This document shows, piece after piece, positions 39,790-49,063 of a stretch of 64,000 nt of DNA. This DNA is from Actinomycetota bacterium. GTDB lineage: Bacteria; Actinomycetota; Acidimicrobiia; Acidimicrobiales; Iamiaceae. Position 1 is the first letter of the stretch, and the number at the start of each line of letters is the position of its first letter. A program made the translations under genes and the position numbers. Location: NCBI GenBank assembly GCA_019639075.1, contig JAHBSO010000008.1, positions 10,330 through 74,329 on the forward strand, given 5' to 3'. The notes below the pieces were generated by a model, which saw only the letters and a program-made list of their open reading frames with translations, was not told the DNA's origin and made no database searches.

Positions 39790-40824
39790 ATGGCAGTGAA
39801 TCGCTCACCGGTCAGCCGGGTGATGGGCGCCATCGTGCCCCGGGCGATGGATGCCATCGACCCCGACGACATCATCGAGCGGGTCGACATCGACGGGGTG
39901 CTCCAACGCGTCGACATCGACGCGGTGATCCAACGGGTCGACATCGACGCGATCCTCCAACGGGTCGACATCGACGGGCTCATGGGCCGGGTCGACATCG
40001 ACGCCCTCATGGGCCGCGTGGACATCGACGCCCTCATGGGCCGGGTCGACATCGACGCCCTCATGGGCCGGGTCGACATCAACCGCCTGCTCGACCAGGT
40101 CGACCTCCCCACCCTGGTGGCCCGCGCCGGCATCGACCAGATCGTGCGGGACGCGACGTCGGGGATCGCGACCCGGACGATCGACCTGGCCCGACGACAG
40201 ATCCTGGGCCTCGACGTGATCGCGCTCGGCATGGTCGACCGCTCCCTCGGCCGACGGGCCACGCCGACCGTCGAACGGGTCGACGAGACCGGCACCTCGC
40301 ACGTCGCCGTCGACGGTCGCCGCGCCGGGGGTCCGCTCGCCCGCACCCTGGCGTTCCTGGCCGATTCGCTCACGGTGTCGGCGTCGTTCGGCCTCGCCGT
40401 CGCCCTCGGCGCCCTGTTGCTGGGCGTCTTCACCGGCCACGAGGCCGACCCGGTCCGCGACGGCGGCCCGGTCTGGCTGGTGGCCTACACGGCCTGGTGG
40501 TTCCTCTACCTCTGGGTCTCGATCTCGATCGCCGGGCGGACCATCGGCAAGGCCCTGCTCGGCCTCCAGGTCGTGGCGGTGGACGGCGGCCGGTTGGGGC
40601 CGGCGCGGGCCGCGGTGCGCGCCGTCGTCCTCCCCGTGAGCATGATCCTCGGGCTCGGGCTCCTGCCCGCCGTCCTCGGCCGATCGCGCCGCGCGCTCCA
40701 CGACTACGCGGCCCGTTCGCAGGTGGTGGTCGACTGGGGCGGACGCGACGTCGCCCTGCCCGGTGCCCTCAGCGACTGGGTCGCCGCCCGCGAGCAGCCC
40801 TCCGGCCGCCGGGGCGAGGGTTAA
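39790..40824 (+). CDS. RDD family membrane protein with N-terminal 9-aa repeats
   Basis: RTLAFLAD, GRTIGKALLGLQVV, RRALHD; eight RVDIDxxxx units. Confidence 0.85.
   Translation: MAVNRSPVSRVMGAIVPRAMDAIDPDDIIERVDIDGVLQRVDIDAVIQRVDIDAILQRVDIDGLMGRVDIDALMGRVDIDALMGRVDIDALMGRVDINRLLDQVDLPTLVARAGIDQIVRDATSGIATRTIDLARRQILGLDVIALGMVDRSLGRRATPTVERVDETGTSHVAVDGRRAGGPLARTLAFLADSLTVSASFGLAVALGALLLGVFTGHEADPVRDGGPVWLVAYTAWWFLYLWVSISIAGRTIGKALLGLQVVAVDGGRLGPARAAVRAVVLPVSMILGLGLLPAVLGRSRRALHDYAARSQVVVDWGGRDVALPGALSDWVAAREQPSGRRGEG
39880..40095 (+). repeat. 27-bp in-frame tandem repeat, eight units
   Basis: CGGGTCGACATCGACGCCCTCATGGGC-type units every 27 bp. Confidence 0.9.
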
Positions 40825-40857
40825 TGTCTGATTCGTCGCGAATCTGGAGGTGACGAG

Positions 40858-41301
40858 GTGACGTTCGAGGACGAGCTCGGACCGATCGACTACGTGGTGA
40901 TCGAGTTCCCGGGAACGGAACTGAAGGCCGAGCTGGCGCCCGAGCTGTTGCGCCTGATCGAGGGCGGCCTGATCCACCTCATCGATCTGGTCGTCGTGCG
41001 CAAGGACGCCGACGGCACGGTCACGGCCATCGAGGTCGAGGACGCCGGCGAGGCGTCGGTCGGGCTGCTCGCCACCGCGGTGGCGGACGTGCCGGGCCTG
41101 CTGAGCGAGGAGGACGTGGCGGCCGCGGGCGACGCCCTCGAGGTCGACACCAGCGCCCTGCTCATCGTGTGGGAGAACCTGTGGGCGGCCCCGTTCGCGG
41201 CGGCCACCCGACGGCTCGGCGGCCAGATGGTGGCCAGCGGCCGCATCCCGGTGGCCGACCTGTTGGCGACGATCGAGGCCGGCGACGCCGGCGAGGACTG
41301 A
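40858..41301 (+). CDS. DUF6325/DUF1269-like protein
   Basis: LGPIDYVVIEFPG, LLSEEDV, VWENLWA, SGRIP; GGAGG RBS. Confidence 0.8.
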   Translation: MTFEDELGPIDYVVIEFPGTELKAELAPELLRLIEGGLIHLIDLVVVRKDADGTVTAIEVEDAGEASVGLLATAVADVPGLLSEEDVAAAGDALEVDTSALLIVWENLWAAPFAAATRRLGGQMVASGRIPVADLLATIEAGDAGED

Positions 41302-41313
41302 AGGGACCAGCGC

Positions 41314-41616
41314 ATGCGACGAATCGGACGACCGGGCCTCATCGGCACCGTGGCCCGCACCGCGGTGGTGGCCAGCACCGCGCAGGCCGCGGCAGGGCGG
41401 GTGCACCGCAACCAGCAGCAGCGCTGGGCCGCGCAGGAGCAGGCCGCGGCGCCCGTCGCCGCCGCCCCGCCGCCCGCGGCCGCTCCCGCGGCGGCTCCGG
41501 CCGCGGACGTCGACGCGCAGCTGGCCCAGCTGGCCCAGCTCGGTCAGCTGCGGGACCAGGGGATCCTGACCGAGGCCGAGTTCGAGGCCAAGAAGCAAGC
41601 GATCCTGGCAAGCTGA
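41314..41616 (+). CDS. SHOCT domain protein
   Basis: GLIGTVARTAVV N-terminus; LGQLRDQGILTEAEFEAKKQAIL. Confidence 0.85.
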   Translation: MRRIGRPGLIGTVARTAVVASTAQAAAGRVHRNQQQRWAAQEQAAAPVAAAPPPAAAPAAAPAADVDAQLAQLAQLGQLRDQGILTEAEFEAKKQAILAS

Positions 41617-41620
41617 CGCC

Positions 41621-42016
41621 ATGCTCCGGATCCTCGCCTCCGCCGTCATCTCGCTCCTGTCGAACGCCCTCGGCCTGCTCGTCGCGGCCAACCTGCTCGA
41701 CGGCATGAGTCTCGGCGTGAGCGGCTTCGTCATCGCGGTGCTGATCTACACGGGCATCACCATCCTCACCGAGCCCCTGCTCCGGCAGGTCGCGCTCAAG
41801 AACGCGCCGGCCCTGCTCGGCAGCAGCTCGCTGATCGCCGTGCTGATCAGCCTCGCCGTCACCACGGTGATCTCCGACAGCCTCACGATCGGAGGCGTCA
41901 CCAACTGGGTGCTGGCGACGATCATCGTGTGGGCGGTGGCGCTCGCCGGTCGACTGCTCCTCCCGATGGTGATCTTCAAGCAGGTCATGGCGGAGAACCG
42001 CGAACGCCGCGGGTGA
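41621..42016 (+). CDS. 4-TM phage-holin-family (holin_4_2-like) membrane protein
   Basis: Four hydrophobic helices, NALGLLVAA, LTIGG..WVLATIIVW. Confidence 0.65.
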   Translation: MLRILASAVISLLSNALGLLVAANLLDGMSLGVSGFVIAVLIYTGITILTEPLLRQVALKNAPALLGSSSLIAVLISLAVTTVISDSLTIGGVTNWVLATIIVWAVALAGRLLLPMVIFKQVMAENRERRG

Positions 42017-42147
42017 CCCGGGTCGCCGTCGGACGGCTGACCACCGTCACCGACGTCGTGGCCTGGGCGTTCCGCTGAGGACGATCGAGCGGTCGCTCGA
42101 CGACGGACCCGCAGCACGGGTGGACGCGGATTCCCTACCCTGACCGC

Positions 42148-44547
42148 GTGGTGACCGGGACGTCCACGGCGGCCGACGACGTCGTCGTGTTCGACGCGCC
42201 GCCGAGCCGACGACCGTTCTCCTCCACCGACGTCCTCCGCCTGGTCGTCGGGCTCCTCGTCCTGGCGGCCGGCATCCTGGTCGCCAAGCTGGCCCGATCG
42301 ACGGTCGCGGGCGTCGAGGCCGACCTGGTCAGCGCGTTCGCGCGCTTGCCCGACGGGATCGAGCAGGCGGTCCTGCGCACCGCGCAGTTCGCCACCTCGC
42401 TGCTCCCGACGGTGGCGCTGGTGGTGCTGCTGGTCCAACGCCGCTGGAAGGTCGCCGGGCTGCTGCTGCTCGCAGGGTTCCTGGCCAACCTGGCGATGGT
42501 GGCCGCCGACGTGCTCGCCATGGACCGGGTGCTCGACGAGCTCCTCCAGCAGATGGACCGGTCGGACGCGCTGGACGGACGGGAGTTCCCCCAGTCCGAC
42601 GTGATCGCCTCGACGGTGGCGATGGTGGTCGTCGCCTCCCCCTGGCTGTCGCGCCGCTGGAAGCGGACGCTCTGGTGGGCGGTCGGCGTCCTCGTCGTGC
42701 TCCGACTGATCGCCGTGTCGCACCCGGCGCTCGACCTCGTGGTCGCCTTCGGCATCGGGTTGACCGTCGGGTCGCTGGTTCTGCTCGTCTTCGGTTCACC
42801 CAGCACCGAGCCCGCGCCGGACGAGCTCCTCGACGCACTTCGGTCCGACGGCTTCGACCCCCGGGTGCTCGAGCGGAGCGACGAGAGGAGCGACGGCGCG
42901 CTGCGCTACACGTTCGTCGACGGGACGGGCGAGAGCTTCGTCGTCACGCTTCGCACGCCCGACGAACGCGACGCCGACCTGCTCGCCCGGTGGTACCGCA
43001 GCATCCGCTTCCGCGCCTCGGAGGTCGACACGAGCTACGCCTCGCTGCAGCGCCGGATCGAGCACGAGGCCCTCGTTCTGTCGCTCGCCCGGACCGCAGG
43101 GGTCAGGACGCGCCGGTTCCGGCGCATCGGGTCCACGGCCCGGGGTTCGGCCTACCTGGTCGCGGCCGAGGCCCCCGCCCGCCCGGCGACGACGGACGAC
43201 CTGGGATCGACCTCCCTGCTCGAGGACCTCTGGCAGCAGGTGCGGGCGCTGCATGCGGCCGGCATCGCCCACCGAGGGCTCAGCCTCGAGGCGTTCCGGG
43301 TCGACGACGAGGGCGACGCGTGGATGGGCCACTTCGACCGGGCGAGCATCGCGCCCGACGATCGTGAGCTGGCCCGTGACGTCGCCGTGCTCCTGACCGA
43401 GACCGCGCTCGTCGTCGGACCCGATCGGGCCACCACGGTGGCCATCGAGGTGCTCGGCCCCGCCGCCGTCGCCGGAGCGATGCGCATGCTGCAACCGCTC
43501 GCACTCCCGCCGATGACCCGGGCCCGCGTCAAGCCGACCAAGGGCATCCTCGACGAGATCCGGTCCGAGGTGAGCGAACGGACCGACGCGCCGGCGGTCC
43601 AGCTCGACGAGCTCGAGCGGATCAAGCCCCGCACGCTGCTGGTGATCGGGGCGTCGACGCTGGCGTTCTACTCGCTGCTCCCCCAGCTCGCGAACCTGCA
43701 GGACACCGTCGACGCGTTCGGCCACGCCCGACCGGCGTGGATCCTCGGTGCTCTCGCCGCGTCGGTGCTCACGTACGCGTTCGCGACGATCTCGTTCCAG
43801 GGCGCGGTCGCCGATCCGCTGCCGTTCGCCCCCACCTTCCGGGCCCAGGTGGCGGCGTCGTTCGCCGGCCTCGTCGGTCCGGCCGGAGCCGGCGGCTTCG
43901 CACTGACCGCCCGCTTCCTCGAACGGGTCGGCGTCCCACCGGCGGAGGCGGGCGCGTCGGTCGCGGTGAACGCGATCGCCGGCTTCGCCGCCCACCTCGC
44001 CCTCATGGGCGGGTTCATCGTGCTCGCGGGCAGCGGCGACGTCGGCGGCTTCTCGCTGCCCGACAGCTCGACCGTCCTGCTCGTCGCGACCGTCGTGATG
44101 GTCGTCCTCGGGGTGCTGGTGGCCATCGGTCCCGTCCGCCGCCGGGTGGTGTCGCCGCTCTGGGCGACGGTGCGCCAGGGCTTCGGGCAGGTGAAGGCGG
44201 TCTTCACCAGTCCGGCCCGGGTGGCCGCGCTGTTCGGCGGGTCGTTCGGGATCACGCTCGCCTACGTCGCAGCGATCTGGTTCTGCGTCGAGGCGTTCGG
44301 CGGCGGGCTGACCCTCCCCCAGATCGGCGCGGCGTACCTGGTCGCGGTCGCGCTCGCGTCCGTCGCCCCGACACCCGGCGGTCTCGGCGCGCTCGAGTCG
44401 GCGATGATCGCCGCCTTCACCGGGTTCGGGCTCGCCGACGGCGTGGCCGTCTCGGCGACGCTCACCTTCCGGCTCGCGACCTTCTGGCTCCCGATCCTGC
44501 CCGGATGGATCTCGTTCAACTGGATGCAGCGCAACGACGAGCTCTGA
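42148..44547 (+). CDS. Lysylphosphatidylglycerol-synthase-TM (flippase-like) protein with kinase-like middle domain
   Basis: N-terminal TMs, EHEAL, LHAAGIAHRGL, LQPLAL, PTPGGLGALE, FRLATFWLPILPGW. Confidence 0.8.
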   Translation: MVTGTSTAADDVVVFDAPPSRRPFSSTDVLRLVVGLLVLAAGILVAKLARSTVAGVEADLVSAFARLPDGIEQAVLRTAQFATSLLPTVALVVLLVQRRWKVAGLLLLAGFLANLAMVAADVLAMDRVLDELLQQMDRSDALDGREFPQSDVIASTVAMVVVASPWLSRRWKRTLWWAVGVLVVLRLIAVSHPALDLVVAFGIGLTVGSLVLLVFGSPSTEPAPDELLDALRSDGFDPRVLERSDERSDGALRYTFVDGTGESFVVTLRTPDERDADLLARWYRSIRFRASEVDTSYASLQRRIEHEALVLSLARTAGVRTRRFRRIGSTARGSAYLVAAEAPARPATTDDLGSTSLLEDLWQQVRALHAAGIAHRGLSLEAFRVDDEGDAWMGHFDRASIAPDDRELARDVAVLLTETALVVGPDRATTVAIEVLGPAAVAGAMRMLQPLALPPMTRARVKPTKGILDEIRSEVSERTDAPAVQLDELERIKPRTLLVIGASTLAFYSLLPQLANLQDTVDAFGHARPAWILGALAASVLTYAFATISFQGAVADPLPFAPTFRAQVAASFAGLVGPAGAGGFALTARFLERVGVPPAEAGASVAVNAIAGFAAHLALMGGFIVLAGSGDVGGFSLPDSSTVLLVATVVMVVLGVLVAIGPVRRRVVSPLWATVRQGFGQVKAVFTSPARVAALFGGSFGITLAYVAAIWFCVEAFGGGLTLPQIGAAYLVAVALASVAPTPGGLGALESAMIAAFTGFGLADGVAVSATLTFRLATFWLPILPGWISFNWMQRNDEL

Positions 44548-44605
44548 CGGCGCGTCGCGGCGCACGCCGGGGGCGGGCCGCGTGGGCGCGAAGTACGTTC
44601 GGGCG

Positions 44606-45433
44606 ATGGCTTCGGATGACAAGACGAGCACGCGGCCGATGCCGACCACCATCGAGGAGATGGAGGAGTCGCCGCCGTACGACACGCCGATGGACCGCGG
44701 TGCCTACGACAAGGAGCTGCGGAAGCTCCAGATCGAGCTGCTCAAGGCCCAGCGATGGGTGCGCGAGGAGGGCCAGCGGGTGCTGATCCTGTTCGAGGGG
44801 CGCGACGCGGCCGGCAAGGGCGGTTCGATCAAGCGGTTCACCGAGCACCTCAACCCCCGCGGCGGCCGCGTGGTGGCGCTGACCAAGCCCAACGACACCG
44901 AGCGCAGCCAGTGGTACTTCCAGCGCTACGTCGCCCACCTACCCGCCGGCGGCGAGATCGTCATGTTCGACCGGTCCTGGTACAACCGCAGCGGCGTCGA
45001 ACGGGTCATGGGGTTCTGCACGGCCCGGGAGCTGGCCTCGTTCCTGCGCCAGGTGCCGGACTTCGAACGATCGCTGGTCGAGAGCAACATCTACCTGTTC
45101 AAGCTGTGGTTCACGGTGTCCCAGGCCGAGCAGCGGAAGCGCTTCGAGGGCCGGCGGACCGACCCGTTGCGCCAGTGGAAGCTGTCCCCGATCGACGAGG
45201 CCAGCATCGACCGCTTCGACGAGTACACGTACGCGCGGGACAGCATGCTGCTCGCCACCGACACCCACCCCGCGCCGTGGACGATCATCAACTCGAACGA
45301 GAAGCGCCGGGCCCGACTCGAGAGCATCCGCACCGTCCTCAACGCGATGCCGTACACGGACAAGGACCACGACGTGGCCTACGACCCCGACCCCCACGTG
45401 GTGCGCCCCGCCTCGGCGCTCGCCCTCCGCTGA
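44606..45433 (+). CDS. ppk2: Polyphosphate kinase 2
   Basis: FEGRDAAGKGG, QWYFQRY, FDRSWYNR, WKLSPID. Confidence 0.96.
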   Translation: MASDDKTSTRPMPTTIEEMEESPPYDTPMDRGAYDKELRKLQIELLKAQRWVREEGQRVLILFEGRDAAGKGGSIKRFTEHLNPRGGRVVALTKPNDTERSQWYFQRYVAHLPAGGEIVMFDRSWYNRSGVERVMGFCTARELASFLRQVPDFERSLVESNIYLFKLWFTVSQAEQRKRFEGRRTDPLRQWKLSPIDEASIDRFDEYTYARDSMLLATDTHPAPWTIINSNEKRRARLESIRTVLNAMPYTDKDHDVAYDPDPHVVRPASALALR

Positions 45434-45443
45434 CCCGGACCTG

Positions 45444-46238
45444 ATGCCCGAGGGCGACTCCCTGCGGCGGGCCGCTGCCGCGATGGCCCCGGTCCTCGAG
45501 GGCCGGGTGGTGACCGGGCTGTGGTTCAGGAAGCTGCGGGGCCACCGCCCGAGGGTCGGAGACACGGTCCACTCGGTCGAGGCCGTCGGCAAGTACCTGC
45601 TGATCCGGTTCGACCGGGACCTCGTGCTGCACACCCACCTCGGGATGTCCGGCTCGTGGCGGACCGCACCACCGGAGGCGCCGGTGCCGAACACTCCGAA
45701 GCTGCGCGTCGTGATCGCCACCGCCGCCGGGCAGGCGTGGTGCTTCGCGGCGCCGACCGTCGAGACCCACGTCCTGGGCGCTCGGGACGCGCCCACCGAT
45801 CGGCTCGGACCGGACCTGAGCGACGACGACGTCGATCTCCAGCAGATCGTGGGGCGGAGCCGGGCCGGACGCACCGCGTCGGCCACGTTGGCCGAGCTGC
45901 TGCTCGATCAGCAGGTGGCCGCGGGCGTCGGGAACGTGTTCAAGAGCGAGGCCCTCTTCGTGGCCCGACTGCACCCGTTCACCCCGGTCGGTGACGTCGA
46001 CGACGCCACGCTCGCCGGGCTCTGGGGGATCGCCCACGAGATGCTCGTGACGAACCGCGATCGACCCTTCCGGAAGACGACCGGAGCCATGAGCCCCGAC
46101 CGGACCTTCGTCTACGACCGGTTCCGGAAGCCGTGCCGACGGTGCAGCGACTCGATCCTCTTCTCGCCGGCCGGCGAGCGCACCAGCCGCTCGACCTACT
46201 GGTGCCCCCGCTGCCAGCCGGTGCTCGGCAGGCCGTGA
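45444..46238 (+). CDS. Fpg/Nei family DNA glycosylase (endonuclease VIII-like)
   Basis: N-terminal MPEGD, HLGMSGSW, LLDQQVAAGVGNVF, CRRC...CPRCQ zinc finger. Confidence 0.93.
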   Translation: MPEGDSLRRAAAAMAPVLEGRVVTGLWFRKLRGHRPRVGDTVHSVEAVGKYLLIRFDRDLVLHTHLGMSGSWRTAPPEAPVPNTPKLRVVIATAAGQAWCFAAPTVETHVLGARDAPTDRLGPDLSDDDVDLQQIVGRSRAGRTASATLAELLLDQQVAAGVGNVFKSEALFVARLHPFTPVGDVDDATLAGLWGIAHEMLVTNRDRPFRKTTGAMSPDRTFVYDRFRKPCRRCSDSILFSPAGERTSRSTYWCPRCQPVLGRP

Positions 46239-46262
46239 CCTCGACGGAACCCCGGGCGCGAA

Positions 46263-46288
46263 GAACCCCCGGCCGGAGCTGGGGGTTC
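46263..46288. terminator. Hairpin between nei-like gene and tRNA-Leu
   Basis: GAACCCCCGGC-CGGA-GCTGGGGGTTC. Confidence 0.6.
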
Positions 46289-46313
46289 GCACGGTGTCTC
46301 TCGACGTTTGGTT

Positions 46314-46400
46314 TGGTGGGCGAGGGGGGACTTGAACCCCCACGTCCTTTCGGACACTGGAACCTGAATCCAGCGCGTCTGCCAATTCCGCCACTCGCCC
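46314..46400 (-). tRNA. tRNA-Leu(CAG)
   Basis: GGGCGAGTGGCGGAATTGGCAGACGCGCTGGA-TTCAGGT-TCCAG, long variable arm, GGTTCAAGTCC, CCA end. Confidence 0.97.
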
Positions 46401-46461
46401 GAGTAGCGGGGAAACCGTAGCGCGCCAGGGGCGCGCGGCCCACACCGGTATCGTTCCCGCC

Positions 46462-47121
46462 GTGGCACTCAAGGGATTCGAACGCCGGCTCGAACGGATG
46501 GTGGAGGGCACCTTCGCCCGCATCTTCCGCTCGGGGATCCGGCCGGTCGAGCTCGGCCGGCGCCTGGTGCGGGAGATGGACGACGGCCGCTCGGTCGACG
46601 TCCGGGGCCGCACCGTGGTGCCGAACCAGTACACCGTCCACCTCAGCGAGGCCGACCTCGACCGCTTCGCCGAGGTGATCGACACGCTGCGGCGCGAGCT
46701 GGCCGAAGCGGCCCGCGAGCACGCCCGCGACGAGGGCTACGTGTTCATGGGCCCGGTGTCGATCCACCTCGAGATGGACGAGCGCCAGCGCACCGGCGCG
46801 TTCCAGATCACCGGACGCATGCGCGAGGGCTCCGGCGGGGTCGGGGCCGGGTCGCTGATGCTGCCCACCGGCGACCGGCTCCCGCTCGGCGAGCAGACCG
46901 TCACGTTCGGTCGCCGTCCGGAGTCGACCGTGCAACTCGCCGATCCCAACGTCAGCCGCAACCACGCCGAGATCCGCCCGCAGGGCAACGGCTGGGTGCT
47001 GATCGACCTCGGCTCGACCAACGGCACCCGCGTCAACGGGGTGCGCGTCAGCTCCCACGAGCTGGTCGAGGGCGACGAGATCGCCTTCGGCAACACCCGC
47101 ATCACCTTCGAAGCCTCCTGA
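46462..47121 (+). CDS. fhaA: FhaA (DUF3662 plus FHA domain)
   Basis: FERRLERMVEG...PVELGRRL; FHA motifs GR, VSRNHA, DLGSTNGT. Confidence 0.93.
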   Translation: MALKGFERRLERMVEGTFARIFRSGIRPVELGRRLVREMDDGRSVDVRGRTVVPNQYTVHLSEADLDRFAEVIDTLRRELAEAAREHARDEGYVFMGPVSIHLEMDERQRTGAFQITGRMREGSGGVGAGSLMLPTGDRLPLGEQTVTFGRRPESTVQLADPNVSRNHAEIRPQGNGWVLIDLGSTNGTRVNGVRVSSHELVEGDEIAFGNTRITFEAS

Positions 47122-47133
47122 CGGGGCGCGACA

Positions 47134-47222
47134 GCACGGTTGGGGTCGGATCCCGACCGTGCACGGCCGACGACGCCCGGACCTGGGAGGACGTCACGGT
47201 CGGGATCCGACCCCAACCGTGC
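47134..47222. repeat. Perfect 28-bp inverted repeat with 33-bp spacer (REPIN/MITE-like)
   Basis: GCACGGTTGGGGTCGGATCCCGACCGTG at 47134-47161 and its exact reverse complement at 47195-47222. Confidence 0.85.
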
Positions 47223-47267
47223 GTGGCCCGTTCGGCGCGGAGGGGGGCCGGTAGTGTCGTGCGGGAC

Positions 47268-47723
47268 ATGGACCAGCAGCTCCTCACGATCCTCAAGCTG
47301 TGCCTGCTGGCGCTCCTCTACCTCTTCTTCCTCCGGGTGCTGCGCGCCGTGTGGGTCGAGATCCGGGGTCCGAAGCTGGTCGAGGCCAAGCCTCGGGCGG
47401 CCAAGCGGGAGGCCAAGCGGGTCGACCGGCGGGCCGGGCCGGTCGAGCTGGCCGTGGTCGAGCCGGTCGAGCAGCGGGGGCGCCGCTTCCCGCTGACCGA
47501 CGAGCTGACCGTCGGGCGGGCCGCCGGCTGCCAGGTCACCATCGACGACACCTACGCCTCGCAGATCCACGCGAGGGTGTTCTCCCGTGACGGCCAGCTG
47601 TTCGTCGAGGACCTCGGGTCGACCAACGGGACCTACCTCAACCGAAAGAAGGTGCAGGGCCCCCAGGTCATGCGCCGTGGCGACCGGCTGCAGGTCGGCA
47701 ACACCGTGATGGAGCTCGCATGA
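47268..47723 (+). CDS. fhaB: FhaB/FipA FHA-domain protein
   Basis: N-terminal TM; GR, DTYASQIHAR, EDLGSTNGT. Confidence 0.92.
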   Translation: MDQQLLTILKLCLLALLYLFFLRVLRAVWVEIRGPKLVEAKPRAAKREAKRVDRRAGPVELAVVEPVEQRGRRFPLTDELTVGRAAGCQVTIDDTYASQIHARVFSRDGQLFVEDLGSTNGTYLNRKKVQGPQVMRRGDRLQVGNTVMELA

Positions 47724-49063
47724 CCACCCTCCGAGCCGGCAGTGCCACCCACGTCGGGCAGGTGCGGGCGGTCAACCAGGACGCCCCGCTCGTGGCGCCC
47801 GAGGCCGACCTCTACGGGGTGGCCGACGGCATCGGCGGCCACCAGGGCGGCGAGGTCGCCTCGGCGCTGGCGGTGCAGATCATCGCCGAGCTGGCCACCG
47901 AGCCGTCGCTGCACACGCTCGTCGACGCGGTGCGGCAGGCCAACCGCCGCATCTTCGAGACCGCCGGGTCCGATCCCGACCTGCACGGCATGGGCACGAC
48001 CTTCGTGGCCATCCAGCTCGTCGACAGCCCGGAGGGCGACGAGGTCGGCTGGGTCAACGTCGGCGACTCCCGCCTCTACCTCTTCCGCGACGACGACGTC
48101 ATCCAGCTGTCCGAGGACCACAGCCTCGTCGAGGAGCTGGTCCGCGACGGCCAGCTGTCGCCGGAGGAGGCCAAGGTCCACCCGCAGCGCAACGTCGTCA
48201 CCCGGTCGCTCGGCATCGACCTGGACGTCAACGTCGACTCCGGCCGCCTCCTGCCGTTCACCAACGACCGCTTCGTCCTGTGCAGCGACGGCCTGTCCAA
48301 CGAGGTGTCGACCGACCAGATGGGCGCGACGCTGCGCCGCCTGGCCGAACCGCAGGAGGTCGCCGACGAGCTGGTGCGCCTGGCCAACGAGGGTGGCGGC
48401 CGGGACAACATCACCGTCGTGGTGGTCGACGTGCTCGACGACGGCGGCCGCTCGCAGCGGGCGTCGGAGATCCTCGCCGCCCAGGCCGCGACCGCAGCGG
48501 CGATGACGGTCCCCGAGGGCGACGGGGACGCCGAGGACGCCGACGACCCGTTCGCCGGCCGGGCCAGCTCGCTGCCCGAGGCCACCGACGACTACGGCTC
48601 CGACACCGAGGACCCGTTCAAGGCCCTCGACTCCATGCGCAGCCGCCGGTTCACCTGGCGGGTCGCCGTCTTCGTCCTCCTGCTCCTGCTCGTGGCCGGC
48701 GCGGTGGTGGGTGCGATCGGGTACTTCTCGACCCGCTCCTACTTCGTCACCTTCGAGGACGGCTACGTCACGGTCTTCCGCGGGAAGCCCGACGGCGTGC
48801 TGTTCTTCGACCCCGAGAAGATCCAGCAGACCGACCTCACCGTCGACGACGTCGCACCGCAGTACCGCGATGCCGTCGAGAGCGGATCCGAGAAGTTCGA
48901 CTCCGAGGGGGCCGCGCTGCGCTACGTCGCCCGCATCACCGGCAACGCCCAGGACGAGGACACCTCCACGACCACGACGACGACCGAGGCGGCGACCACC
49001 ACCAGCGAGCCGACCTCGACCACGCGACCGCCTGCGACCACCACCACCGTCAGCGGGCCGTGA
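47720..49063 (+). CDS. pstP: PP2C-type Ser/Thr phosphatase
   Basis: NQD, VADGIGGH, GMGTT, NVGDSR, LCSDGL, GGRDNIT; TM and Thr-rich tail. Confidence 0.93.
   Translation: MTTLRAGSATHVGQVRAVNQDAPLVAPEADLYGVADGIGGHQGGEVASALAVQIIAELATEPSLHTLVDAVRQANRRIFETAGSDPDLHGMGTTFVAIQLVDSPEGDEVGWVNVGDSRLYLFRDDDVIQLSEDHSLVEELVRDGQLSPEEAKVHPQRNVVTRSLGIDLDVNVDSGRLLPFTNDRFVLCSDGLSNEVSTDQMGATLRRLAEPQEVADELVRLANEGGGRDNITVVVVDVLDDGGRSQRASEILAAQAATAAAMTVPEGDGDAEDADDPFAGRASSLPEATDDYGSDTEDPFKALDSMRSRRFTWRVAVFVLLLLLVAGAVVGAIGYFSTRSYFVTFEDGYVTVFRGKPDGVLFFDPEKIQQTDLTVDDVAPQYRDAVESGSEKFDSEGAALRYVARITGNAQDEDTSTTTTTTEAATTTSEPTSTTRPPATTTTVSGP

Noticed and set aside
39880-40095. CRISPR-like or non-coding tandem array
   Set aside because: The units are contiguous, in frame and spacer-free inside a coding sequence.
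38016-40853. Very long alternative-frame ORFs (945 aa here; also 48711-50417, 18999-21602 and others)
   Set aside because: Arg/Pro/Gly-rich shadow ORFs caused by stop-codon scarcity in high-GC DNA; they overlap well-supported genes.
41621-42016. Prophage lysis gene
   Set aside because: This holin-family membrane protein is commonly chromosomal, and no endolysin or other phage gene is nearby.
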